The notes: generated by a model not told the origin, from the sequence alone. A stretch of 64,000 bases of DNA from Promethearchaeota archaeon Loki_b32 (GCA_005223125.1 NJBH01000017.1:1-64000), one strand, 5' to 3'; positions 10,090-20,812 are shown, numbered from the stretch's first letter. Translations and numbers: made by a program.

Positions 10090-10861
10090 ATTTTTGTAAC
10101 CATTTTAAATTAGAATATTTCTCTTTTACTAAAATATCGGCTAATTCTTTCTCCTCTGCTGAAAAAGAGCCATTTATTAATTCAATTCTTAGTGTTTTTT
10201 CAAATCCGCGTTTTAGTGAAAATATTAACTTATTTTCATCATAATTTTTTATATAATTTTTAATTCCTATACACTTAGCACGAACAGATCTGACCATTCT
10301 AGATTTCTCGACATTATCAGGTGTTTTTAATACAGAATACATTAATTCAGGGTCTATATCCAATAAAATAGTGCCATGTTGGAGAATATGTCCTTTCCGT
10401 CTAACTTGAGCATTCCCCGAGAATTTTTTTCCATCTAGTAGAATAGCAGGACAGTGAATAACATCCTTCTCTGGTTTTAATCCAAAAATCATTAATCCAC
10501 AAATAATTCCTTGAGTAATGATTTCAAACTGTTCTAATACTTTTACAGCTCTTAATTTCTCTAAAAATTTGATGGGGCATACAATTGAATATGTAATTTC
10601 TCTGAATTCATCATGAAAGACGGCACCTCCTCCAGTAATTCGTCTTATAACATTAAACCCATTATTTTGAGCAAATTTGATATCAATCTCATTAATTAAG
10701 CTCTGATTTCTTCCTATACTTATGGTTGAAGGTTTCCATTTATAAAATCTTAAAGTGTTCGGTGATTTTTTCTCTATAACCATCTTTAAAATAGCCTCAT
10801 CTAAAGCCATATTCCAGAATCCATCCCTAGCCTCTAGCGATAAAAATCTCCAAACGCTCAT
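10082..10861 (-). CDS. lipoate-protein ligase / octanoyltransferase catalytic domain (LplA/LipM-like)
   Basis: NMALDEA, RRITGGGAVFHD, GKKFSGNAQ, LQHGTIL; no C-terminal LplB domain. Confidence 0.9.
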   Translation of the reverse strand: MSVWRFLSLEARDGFWNMALDEAILKMVIEKKSPNTLRFYKWKPSTISIGRNQSLINEIDIKFAQNNGFNVIRRITGGGAVFHDEFREITYSIVCPIKFLEKLRAVKVLEQFEIITQGIICGLMIFGLKPEKDVIHCPAILLDGKKFSGNAQVRRKGHILQHGTILLDIDPELMYSVLKTPDNVEKSRMVRSVRAKCIGIKNYIKNYDENKLIFSLKRGFEKTLRIELINGSFSAEEKELADILVKEKYSNLKWLQKYE

Positions 10862-10872
10862 TTTATTAGATC

Positions 10873-11883
10873 TTAATTCATAAATTTATATAATAGATCA
10901 TAAATTTCAATCTTTTCATTTTCTTTTAATTTCCGTGGATAGTTATAAATAAGACCAGATGGTTTAGAAGTATAAAAGGGACGATTACATCCAGGACATC
11001 CAGAAGTAAAAAAAGCATCTGAGTCCATAATAATCGTATTTAACTCTTTTTTACTAATATTAATATTTATAATTACTCCTTTACTATTAAACGTAAAATC
11101 CTCTAGACTCTTTTTGTTATTAATAATAAGATTTCTTCCTAGTTGTATTTTTCTAAAACTTAAGAGTGCTGGCGGTGTTATATTTTCAAATTTAGTACCT
11201 TTTATGGGTGTAAATGCAAATAAGGAAACAAGAATATCTAATTTATGAAGTTCTTCTATTCGTTCGATAACTTCTTTTTCTGTTTCTCCTAATCCAATTA
11301 TTATATGTGTACTTACTAAACCTGGTGAAAAAACCTCTAGTGCTTCCTTTAATTTCAGAAAATGTTCCTCCCATCTATAAGGACCTTCAACAATCCTCCC
11401 TTTAATCTTATCAAAAATTTCTGGTGTTGTACCATCCAAAGCAATACCAACTCTTTGAACCCCTCTAATTTTTAATTCTCTCAATTTTTCTTTTGACATA
11501 GGTGGTATTGCAACAGAAATTGGAGTATTCGCATGAATCTTAATTTGATTTATAATTTCTATCAAATCTCTAAAGTTATCGGGATAATTGAGAGTTTGTA
11601 TACAAATCCTTTTAAATCGTTTTGAAAAAGGTAAGTACTTTAATTTTGTTAGGAAATCTTTAAATGAATAAATTGGCCATGTAACTCGAGAAAGTTTTTC
11701 TATCGAACTTTTCGATGATCGCGCTTGAGGACAAAAACCACAATTCGCTAAACAATGACCTTCCGTAAATGTCATAATGTAACAGGTGGTTGGGGGGTTT
11801 TTGAATGAGGGTAATGAGCCTAACCCTAAAACAGAAGCGCTTCCAACGGATATCCTTATTTTTTTTATTGTCACAAATTTCAC
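10873..11883 (-). CDS. lipS2: radical SAM lipoyl synthase subunit, LipS2-type
   Basis: CLANCGFC, LSRVTWP, TSGCPGCNRP motif. Confidence 0.8.
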   Translation of the reverse strand: MKFVTIKKIRISVGSASVLGLGSLPSFKNPPTTCYIMTFTEGHCLANCGFCPQARSSKSSIEKLSRVTWPIYSFKDFLTKLKYLPFSKRFKRICIQTLNYPDNFRDLIEIINQIKIHANTPISVAIPPMSKEKLRELKIRGVQRVGIALDGTTPEIFDKIKGRIVEGPYRWEEHFLKLKEALEVFSPGLVSTHIIIGLGETEKEVIERIEELHKLDILVSLFAFTPIKGTKFENITPPALLSFRKIQLGRNLIINNKKSLEDFTFNSKGVIININISKKELNTIIMDSDAFFTSGCPGCNRPFYTSKPSGLIYNYPRKLKENEKIEIYDLLYKFMN

Positions 11884-12071
11884 TAGTAAATAAGTAAAAT
11901 TAAGTTTTATGGCTTCAGTTTATTATTTTTATACTCATTATGCATAGTATATTTTTGATGTAAATCAAGATTTACCATGGATAAATAACTACATAAAAAA
12001 TTTATTGAATCGATTACTAAACTATTAAATATTGTGAATATCCCCTAATTTTTGAAAAGTGTTATAAATTT

Positions 12072-14861
12072 ATGGTTGAGTATGAAGCACAAAAAATAGA
12101 AAAGAAATGGCAAAAAAAGTGGGAGCAAGACAAAATTTTTGAAGTCAAAGTGGATCCAAAGAAGCAAAAATATTATGTGTTAGAAATGTATCCATATCCT
12201 TCAGGTAAACTCCATATGGGACACCTTAGGAATTATACAATTGGAGATAGCTATGCCCGATTTAAGAGAATGAATGGATTCAATGTTCTTTACCCTATGG
12301 GTTATGATTCGTTTGGAATGCCAGCAGAAAATGCAGCAATAGATCATGGTGCTAATCCAGAAGAATGGACTAATAAAAACATAAATACAATGAAAAATCA
12401 GCAAAAAAGGATAGGCTTTTCATATGATTGGACAAGAGAGATATATAGCCATAATCCTAATTTTTATAAATGGGACCAATGGTTTTTCTTGCAGATGTTA
12501 GAAAAGGGCTTAGCTTATAAACAAGAAAGCTACGTTAATTGGTGTCCTAAATGTGCTACTGTCCTAGCAAACGAACAAGCTCAAGGAGGAAAATGCTGGA
12601 GATGCAACTCAATTGTTGATCAAAAATTTTTAACACAATGGTTCCTTAAAATTAGTGATTACGCAGAAGAGTTACTCGAAGGGTTAAATCTAGTCGATTG
12701 GCCTGATAAAGTTAAGATAATGCAACGAAATTGGATTGGAAGATCAGAGGGTACAATCATAAAATTCCCAATTGTTGAAGATGATAGAACTATAGATATA
12801 TTTACTACAAGACCGGATACACTTTATGGGGTTATGTTTATGGTCTTTGCTCCAGAACATCCTTGGGTTAGAGACTGGGTGAAAGGGACTCAATATGAAA
12901 AAGAATTTGAAAGATTCTATCAAGAAGTAATGCATCAAAATATATTTGAGAGAACTGATATCGATATTGAAAAAAAGGGAATGTTTATTGGAAAATATTG
13001 CGTCAATCCAATAACCAAAGAGGAAATACCTGTTTACATTTCAAATTTCGTCATTTATAAGTATGGTGCCGGAGCTGTAATGGCAGTACCTGCGCATGAT
13101 CAGAGAGATTTTGAATTTGCAAAAAAATATGATATTCCTATTAAAATAGTAATTCAACCACATGACTACGAATTGAACGTAGCTAAAATAACTCGCGCCT
13201 ATGAGAGTGATGGAGTTCTAGTAAACTCTGAAGAATTTAATGGTATGGAGAATCGATCCGCTGTTAAGAAAATAACTGAAAAATTAGATGAACTTGATAA
13301 AGGATATGCAACTATAAATTATAAGTTAAGAGATTGGGGAATTTCACGTCAACGTTATTGGGGCTGCCCAATTCCAATAATATATTGCGAGGAATGTGGT
13401 ACGATTCCAGTACCATATGAAGATTTACCTGTTTATTTGCCAAAAGATGTTACTTTTTCGGGTGTAGGGAATCCATTAGAAACAAGCAAAAGTTTTATTA
13501 CAACACAATGTCCGAAATGTGGTTATAAAGCAAAACGTGAGACTAATACAATGGATACTTTTGTTGATAGTTCTTGGTATTTCTTTGCTTACTGTGATCC
13601 TCCATCTATTGAATCAGATATACCCTATACTAAAACTAATGTAAATTATTGGGGTAATGTCGATTTCTATGTGGGAGGTATCGAGCATGCGATACTCCAT
13701 TTGATATATGCACGATTTTTCACAAAAGTAGCTCGCGATCTAGGACTTCACAAATTTGATGAGCCTTTCCAAAGGTTGTTGACTCAAGGAATGATTAATA
13801 AAGCTCAACCATTCTGTACTAACTGTAATGCCTTCCTTATGAAAGCTGATTTAGAGCAAATGAAGTGTAGAAAATGCGGAAGCAAAGATCTCATTCAAAA
13901 GTCTGTAAAAATGAGTAAAAGCTATGGAAATACAGTAAATCCAGAGGAAATTATTGAAAAATATGGAGCAGATGCGGCAAGATTATTTATATTATTTGGA
14001 GCTAGTCCTGAATCAGGATTAGAGTGGAGTGATGAGGGAGTCAATTTTGCTTATAAATTTGTGAGAAATTTCTTTCATTTGTTAACTACTCCAATTCAAG
14101 ATAAAGGGAATAAAAGATCTATTAGAGATGAGTTAATTATATATAAATTGAATAAAACTATTAAATTGGTTACTGAAAGTATTAACAGAATTGCGATTCG
14201 AGGAGCCATTAATTATATTATACAATTTGTTTCGGAGTTAGCAAAATATAAAGAAGAAGGAATTATGAAGAAAATCTATGATGAATGTAGAGAAAAATTG
14301 TTAATGCTTTTCCATCCATTTGTTCCACATGTTACAGAAGAAATCTGGGAATTCATTGGACACAATAAATTTCTAAGCTTAATTTCTTGGCCAACTTATA
14401 ATAGTGCTCTACTCAATATGGAAAATGATTACAAATGGAATTTATTAAACAATATTATAGAGGACATCAAAAAGATTAAGTTTGCAGCAAACATAAACGA
14501 GATTAAAAAAGCAATAATTATCACAGCTAGCGAATGGAAGTATAAATTCTATTCATTATTAATGATATTAATTGAAAAGACAAAGGACCAAGGAGAGATT
14601 ATGAAAGAATTGATGAAAAATGAACATTTAAAAATTCATGGTAAATTCATCAGTCAAATAACAACTAAGATTCTCAAAAATATTGGAAAGTATTCCAAAC
14701 CATATATTGATGCATCAGAAGAATTTCAATTTTTCAATGAAATAAAATTAATAATTGAAAAAAGGTTTAATTGTGAAGTAGATATAGTGGTAGAGAAAGA
14801 TTCAAATTTAAGAAAATCCTCTCAAGCCCTACCAGGACGCCCTGCTATTGTTATAATTTAA
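12072..14861 (+). CDS. leuS: leucine--tRNA ligase (bacterial-type core, archaeal-type C-terminal domain)
   Basis: YPYPSGKLHMGH (HIGH), FTTRPDT and GAVMAVPAHDQRDF (CP1 editing), DWGISRQRYWG, GGIEHAILHL, KMSKS, C-terminal ALPGRPAI. Confidence 0.97.
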   Translation: MVEYEAQKIEKKWQKKWEQDKIFEVKVDPKKQKYYVLEMYPYPSGKLHMGHLRNYTIGDSYARFKRMNGFNVLYPMGYDSFGMPAENAAIDHGANPEEWTNKNINTMKNQQKRIGFSYDWTREIYSHNPNFYKWDQWFFLQMLEKGLAYKQESYVNWCPKCATVLANEQAQGGKCWRCNSIVDQKFLTQWFLKISDYAEELLEGLNLVDWPDKVKIMQRNWIGRSEGTIIKFPIVEDDRTIDIFTTRPDTLYGVMFMVFAPEHPWVRDWVKGTQYEKEFERFYQEVMHQNIFERTDIDIEKKGMFIGKYCVNPITKEEIPVYISNFVIYKYGAGAVMAVPAHDQRDFEFAKKYDIPIKIVIQPHDYELNVAKITRAYESDGVLVNSEEFNGMENRSAVKKITEKLDELDKGYATINYKLRDWGISRQRYWGCPIPIIYCEECGTIPVPYEDLPVYLPKDVTFSGVGNPLETSKSFITTQCPKCGYKAKRETNTMDTFVDSSWYFFAYCDPPSIESDIPYTKTNVNYWGNVDFYVGGIEHAILHLIYARFFTKVARDLGLHKFDEPFQRLLTQGMINKAQPFCTNCNAFLMKADLEQMKCRKCGSKDLIQKSVKMSKSYGNTVNPEEIIEKYGADAARLFILFGASPESGLEWSDEGVNFAYKFVRNFFHLLTTPIQDKGNKRSIRDELIIYKLNKTIKLVTESINRIAIRGAINYIIQFVSELAKYKEEGIMKKIYDECREKLLMLFHPFVPHVTEEIWEFIGHNKFLSLISWPTYNSALLNMENDYKWNLLNNIIEDIKKIKFAANINEIKKAIIITASEWKYKFYSLLMILIEKTKDQGEIMKELMKNEHLKIHGKFISQITTKILKNIGKYSKPYIDASEEFQFFNEIKLIIEKRFNCEVDIVVEKDSNLRKSSQALPGRPAIVII

Positions 14862-15149
14862 AAAACCAATTTTATCTGAACTTTATAATTAAATAACTGA
14901 AAGTATGGAGTTTTATAATAAATTAATCAAATTTAATAAAAAACTATTTAGAGTCTTGATAATTTGATTTCAGCAAGACTAATACTAAAATCTTTTTTTT
15001 CTGCAAGAAGTTTTATAGTTATTGTTATTACCTTCAAATCAGCTGTGAACTCATTTGAAGACATTTTTGAGAAAGTTTAATTATATTTTTATCATGAAGG
15101 GGGGGTTTCAAGAAATATTAAAGAGGGTAGTAAATATAATATAAAAATC

Positions 15150-18100
15150 TTATAAATCAGCCTTGGTTCGCATTATACCGTCCTTCTGTTTTAAAAACAA
15201 TTCAGGATATAAATATTCAAAATTCTTACTAAACAATTTATGGTTCATCCACTTTTCAGTTTTTGTATCCCAAATTAAATTTTGTAAGGGATTATACTTT
15301 TCAAGAAAATTATTATTTCCATAGACCGATTTGATAATAGAGTCACCTTTTACCAAATCTGTTAATATCAAATATTTCTCAACCTTTAAGTATTGAAATA
15401 TATATTCAAAAATTCTTAAGAATTCAGCAAGTTCGCAATCTGGAAGATATAATTTGATCATTAAACCACTATAAATCTTTTTCTTCTTGTTAAATCCATG
15501 AATATAATATTCTCCTTCAATTTCGTAAATAAAACCTAGATTAAAATATTGGAATATATATTTAAGAATATCAACTGTATCTTTTTTTAGATTTAACAAA
15601 AGAAAATGGATAGTTTCATTCAATCCTAAATTCTTGGGAGTAATAAAGGGAAAGATTATTTTTTTCTGAATTAAAGCTTGAATCTCATCGAAGATAGATT
15701 GGTTAATTATATTAAGATTTTTCTTAATATCAATAGAATGCCAATTATATATATGCAATAATGCATTAAAATAGGAAGAATCAGGTTTATAATGATCTGA
15801 ATTTATTAAATCACCAATTTCAAAATGCTTCACTTCTGAAGTTTGAATTCTATAATTTGGATTGAAAAGAATATTTTGTATATAAGTATTAAAATTATTA
15901 GAGTCTAAATACCATCCATTTGAACTTAAATTATAATTGAAATGGAAAATTTGAGATATAGATTTAATAGTAAATAGACAATATTCTCTGATTTTGTTTT
16001 TACTTCTCAACCAGTTAAGGTATGAAGAGTTGGGCTTGTTATAAGGAAATATATAATTAATAAACATGGATTTTGAACTATCAATTGAGGCGATGTGCTT
16101 AATTTTTTGAAATGTATTTGTGAATAATAATTTTAAATCTATATCATCTACATCAAAAGGAGTAATATATAAAGAATATTCTCCTAATCCAAAATTTTGC
16201 CAAGCAGGAAGGAGTTTTATTGATTTTATATATTGTCTAAAGAAATTTTCTTTTTTTATTATTTGAAATTCTTCTATATTCATTAAATGTTTTTCAAGAT
16301 TTAAGTGAAAATGAATTAATTTTTGAATATCTATTGGTTTAAAACTGATACTTTCAGATCTAATTCTTTTGTTGATTTTCTTAATAAGATTTGCTATATT
16401 TTCTTTTATAGGCCAATATTTAACCGTATTACCAGATTTTTCTTTTACATTTTTTAATTCTTCGCCACAAATACTTTTAGCGTAAAGAAAGAATTGCCCA
16501 AAAAGATCTTTTGTATAGAAAAACTCTTTCTTATTGAAATCATAAAAATCTTTTCTTGAAAAAGTATGTAAAAAACCGTCCCATGAATAGCGTTTAAATG
16601 ATATAATGTTTTCTTTAAAAATTTTAAATATTATTGAAATTAATGATATCTTTTCGTTATTATTCAAATATGGAATAAAAAGTTGTAAAAAGATAAATTC
16701 TTGGCTACTGAATAAATCTATTGTTTCATAGAAATAACTTTTAGGAAAATAATTTTTTATTTTGTATATTGTCGCTCTTACTTCAGGGGAATTTTTTAGT
16801 ATTATTTGAGGAAAATAGCTTGCGACTGAATTTGTCCATATAGTAGCTATTAAGTAGGGTTTAATTATCTTGGGATCTTTATTTATAAATTCATCTATCT
16901 TAAGATTAATTGTCTTACTTGATATATCATAAGTTTTATTATTCTTTTTTAAACTTCTTAAACAAGATTTTTTTGTTTTAGTAATATTAATTAAGAGATT
17001 TGGATCGTTAATTAATTTCTTAATTGATTTGATACTAAAAATTTTTAAATTAGAACATAACTTTAAAAATTCGCAAAAAATTCGGAGCTTTTCAACATCT
17101 TTTGTATATTTGTCACTAGAATTCAAATAATTCAGGAAGAGATTTTTAAAAGCAAAGGAATTTGAATCTATATGGTCAAATATATTACTTTCTTCAATTG
17201 ATTGTATTATGTTTTCTTTCTCAATAAATTCTTTAAATTCAATAAAATTATTCATTCTGTTTGTATCTTTTGATTCTTTTTCAATTATTTTGAAATAATT
17301 TACCCATTTTTCTAACTCATCTTTAATATAAAAAAATCCGAAATTTTGATTTCTTTCTAAAAAATTTAGGAATTCCTTTCGGAGTTCCGGAGAATCAATT
17401 AATATTTTCAAAGTATTCTCCAATTCTTCAATTAAACTATTTTCCCCGATAAAAAAATTAGAATGATCAGATTTTATTATGTTTGAAATTTCCCTTTTTC
17501 TTGAAAAGTTTATTCCAACATAAGAAAAAAATCTTATTCTCTCTAAAATTAAAAAATCCAAAAGTGTTAGATTTGGTTTATTAAAGTCTTTATTATAATT
17601 TTGTATAAATTCAAGTTCAAAGTCTTCTAAGTATCTTTTTTTTTTAAAATCTATTATCTGCCCATTTTTATAAGATTCTCTAAAATAATTTAAATTCAAC
17701 GAAAAAACATACTTCTTTGCTAAAGAACAATGCTTTTTTATTATGTATCCAAATCTCTCCATTTCTTCCAACATATCAACTAAATCTTTAATATAAATCC
17801 TTGGAATTACAAAATATGCTGATAATTCTACTGTAAAATTAGTTATCGAAAGTTTTGGCATAATTAGAAATGGCATTTGGTTAATGATCTTGTCAATTTT
17901 AGCTTTTTCTAGAAGTGGATTGAATTTCAGATGGCATGTAATAATAGCCATATTAATTGCTTTCCAATCATAATAGTATGATGGGGTTATATAGCTATAT
18001 TTATTTATCCATCGAAGGTTTTTTCTAAAACTCCGTGAACTTAAATCAGTTTGGATGATTTTCTGTTTTTTAAAATTATTAAAGTAATTATGAAATCCTT

Positions 18101-18815
18101 CCAATGTATCACAGTTTTTTATTTTGTAGAAAATTTTAGTTAAAATTCTAAGAGTTTCTGTAATCTCATTACTCTGTAAATTTTTTGAAGATTTAAACAT
18201 AAAATCTTCATACATTTTATTAAAGTAAAATTGTAGATTCTCATCGAAATCTAGGTTTGAATTTCGTCTGATATATTCAAAAAAGAATTGTTTTGGACTT
18301 TCGGAATCTTTTATTTCTTTTAATTCAAGGAATTTGTCAAAACGGAATTTATCTGATTGATTCGATAGAAATTTGTAATTCAAAAATCTTTCTCTTATGA
18401 AAAGGCCCCATTCTATAACCGAGGTGAATTCTTGTAAATCAATTTCTACAAATTGGTTAATAGCAAAATTAATGAGATTTTTTTCTTTTAGATTATTCGG
18501 GATAAAAGTAAGATAAGCACTTTGAAGTAATAGAAAAGGAAAGAACTTTCTATAATTTTTAAAAAGTTTAATATGATATATATCATCTCTTATGGATCTA
18601 TTCACTCCGTAACTATGTAATCTTGTATCTGAATCTCTGTTCTCATTTACTTCATCAACGACATGTATTTTTACTTTTTTGTTGATTACATCTAAATTTA
18701 AATAAGCTTTTAACTCATTCATTAGATAAATGAAAATCTGATTTATCTTAATAGGATCTTCCATATTAGATAATTCTTTCAACTTATCTAAATTAAGAGA
18801 GTTAACCAAATTCAT
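15150..18815 (-). CDS. large hypothetical protein with internally repeated, possibly Lrp/AsnC-like modules
   Basis: 1221-aa open frame; recurring segments ITPSYYYDWKAINM, IKLLPAWQNFGLGE, IFPFITPKNLGLNE. Confidence 0.7.
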   Translation of the reverse strand: MNLVNSLNLDKLKELSNMEDPIKINQIFIYLMNELKAYLNLDVINKKVKIHVVDEVNENRDSDTRLHSYGVNRSIRDDIYHIKLFKNYRKFFPFLLLQSAYLTFIPNNLKEKNLINFAINQFVEIDLQEFTSVIEWGLFIRERFLNYKFLSNQSDKFRFDKFLELKEIKDSESPKQFFFEYIRRNSNLDFDENLQFYFNKMYEDFMFKSSKNLQSNEITETLRILTKIFYKIKNCDTLEGFHNYFNNFKKQKIIQTDLSSRSFRKNLRWINKYSYITPSYYYDWKAINMAIITCHLKFNPLLEKAKIDKIINQMPFLIMPKLSITNFTVELSAYFVIPRIYIKDLVDMLEEMERFGYIIKKHCSLAKKYVFSLNLNYFRESYKNGQIIDFKKKRYLEDFELEFIQNYNKDFNKPNLTLLDFLILERIRFFSYVGINFSRKREISNIIKSDHSNFFIGENSLIEELENTLKILIDSPELRKEFLNFLERNQNFGFFYIKDELEKWVNYFKIIEKESKDTNRMNNFIEFKEFIEKENIIQSIEESNIFDHIDSNSFAFKNLFLNYLNSSDKYTKDVEKLRIFCEFLKLCSNLKIFSIKSIKKLINDPNLLINITKTKKSCLRSLKKNNKTYDISSKTINLKIDEFINKDPKIIKPYLIATIWTNSVASYFPQIILKNSPEVRATIYKIKNYFPKSYFYETIDLFSSQEFIFLQLFIPYLNNNEKISLISIIFKIFKENIISFKRYSWDGFLHTFSRKDFYDFNKKEFFYTKDLFGQFFLYAKSICGEELKNVKEKSGNTVKYWPIKENIANLIKKINKRIRSESISFKPIDIQKLIHFHLNLEKHLMNIEEFQIIKKENFFRQYIKSIKLLPAWQNFGLGEYSLYITPFDVDDIDLKLLFTNTFQKIKHIASIDSSKSMFINYIFPYNKPNSSYLNWLRSKNKIREYCLFTIKSISQIFHFNYNLSSNGWYLDSNNFNTYIQNILFNPNYRIQTSEVKHFEIGDLINSDHYKPDSSYFNALLHIYNWHSIDIKKNLNIINQSIFDEIQALIQKKIIFPFITPKNLGLNETIHFLLLNLKKDTVDILKYIFQYFNLGFIYEIEGEYYIHGFNKKKKIYSGLMIKLYLPDCELAEFLRIFEYIFQYLKVEKYLILTDLVKGDSIIKSVYGNNNFLEKYNPLQNLIWDTKTEKWMNHKLFSKNFEYLYPELFLKQKDGIMRTKADL

Positions 18816-19093
18816 CAGTCTATAATGTAATTTTTGTCTTTAATCTAATATACTGCAATTTACTTTTTAAACTTATTCATTGGAACTCTTTTTGTATCAA
18901 ATAAATTATTCCTTTATAAAGAAAAAATTAAAATAAAAATAATCCTACATAAAAATTCTGTAAATATTCTTGATTCACTTTAAGTGCAGTTTAACCTAAT
19001 TTTTATCTAAATTTAGAAAATTCTTTCTGTTTAAATAGAAGAATATAGAAGAAATGATATCAATTCAGTTAATTTAATAAAAAGGTAATTAAT

Positions 19094-19207
19094 TTGAAAT
19101 TATTTAAAGTATATAGAGTTCTTTTATTTGTATTAATCGGCATTGCTTCCTTTTTGCCTATGATTAGCATTGTATTAGGTTGGAAAGGAGATGGTGGAGG
19201 ACCATAA
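19094..19207 (+). CDS. putative 37-aa signal-peptide-like or membrane peptide
   Basis: TTG...TAA reading MKLFKVYRVLLFVLIGIASFLPMISIVLGWKGDGGGP; AAAGGT upstream; below the ORF-track cutoff. Confidence 0.45.
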   Translation: MKLFKVYRVLLFVLIGIASFLPMISIVLGWKGDGGGP

Positions 19208-19529
19208 TACAAAAAGCCCATTAATCAAATAAAGAATATTTCAAATTTTTTTTACATTTATTCCTCTGATTACTGCGTCTTTCAAATTAAAATGCATGAA
19301 ATTGAAGCTACTTTATTGAATTTTGGATGACATGTTATTCTTTCATATATATTAGTATAGGTATTTTAGAAATATATTAAAGATCAATAAATACTATTGT
19401 TTTTCTATAAAGTATTTATCTTCGTTAGTTTATACTTGTATAAGGTAAAAATTAGTTGGCAATTTATCTCTAAAATTATTTAAAGTTGAAGTTTTATTTG
19501 TGTATTAACTAAACTCTTTCTTAGACGTT

Positions 19530-20812
19530 ATGTTGGAATATAAAATCAACAATTATATTACTCTAAAATTAGAGGACGAAACAACACAAATTTATGTCAA
19601 TGATGAGAATTTAGGAATTTTCTGCAAAAAACTTTTCATAAACGTTATGCACTTAATATATGCTAGATTTTTCACAAAAGTAGCTCGTGATCTCGGTTTA
19701 CACAAATTTGATGAACCTTTTCAAACTTTACTTACTCAAGGAATGATTAATAAAACTCACCCTTTCTGTACTAACTGCAATGCCTTTCTAATGAAAGCTG
19801 ATTTAGAGCAAATGATATGTAGAAAATGTGGAAATACAGATCTTATTCAAAAGTCTGTAAAAATGAGCAAGAGTTATGGAAATACTGTAAATCCTGGAGA
19901 AATAATTGAAAGATATGGAGCAGATGCAGCAAGATTCTTTATTTTATTTGGAGCAAGTCCATCATCAGGTTTAGAATGGTCTGAAGAGGGTGTAGATTAT
20001 GCTTATAAGTTTATTAAAAATACATTTATTTTGTTATCTGAACCTCCTAAAATTATACATAAGAATTTATCGATAAGAGATACATTAATCCAATATTATT
20101 TAAATAAGACAATTAAAGAATTTACAGATAATATGAAGAAACTCGCAATTAGAAATGCTGTAAATAATTTGATACAATTTACGTCAGAATTTGGAAAATA
20201 CAAAAATGAAGGGATAATCGAAGAGGTTTTTGAAGATTGTAAGGAAAAATTAATCCTATTATTTCATCCTATAACCCTCATATGACAGAAGAAATCTGGG
20301 AAATGATTGGTAAAAAAGGTTATGTGAGTTTAACATCATGGCCTTCTTACGATAATGAATTACTTACACAAGAATCTGATTACAAATGGAATCTGATGAA
20401 TAATATCATTGATGATATTAATAAGATAAAGCTTGCTCTGAAAAAAGATTCTTTAGAAAAGATCTCCATAATTATAGCAGATCAGTGGAAATTAAGGTTT
20501 TATTCTAAATTCATGTCATTATTAGAAGAAACTAAGAATCAAGGAGAAATAATAAAAATTTTAATGCAAGATAATGAATTAAAAATGTATGGGAAATTCA
20601 TAAGTCAAAATGTTGGTAAAATACTGAAAAATGTAGGAAAATACCCAAAATTTACACTCCCCTCGAAAGAAGAATTTCTATTTTTTAATGAAATAAAACC
20701 TGTAATAGAGAAAAAATTCCGCTCTGAAGTACAAATCAAATTTGAAAAAGATTCAAATGAACAAAAAGCAGCCCAAGCACTCCCTGGTAAACCAGCGATC
20801 GTTATTTTTTAA
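19530..20812 (+). pseudogene. leuS: chimeric, frameshifted duplicate of the leuS 3' half
   Basis: From 19650 (HLIYARFFTKVARDLG) it matches leuS 13698..14861. It is preceded by about 40 unrelated codons. A 1-nt loss at about 20275-20277 splits FHPIT(P)HMTEEIW into ORFs 19530..20285 and 20282..20812. Confidence 0.85.

Noticed and set aside
14948-15064. 38-codon minus-strand ORF (MSSNEFTADLKV...) overlapping hairpins CTTCAAAT/ATTTGAAG and AGTCTTG/CAAGACT
   Set aside because: No recognisable motif. The stem is too short for a SECIS, and the hairpins may simply be terminators between convergent genes.
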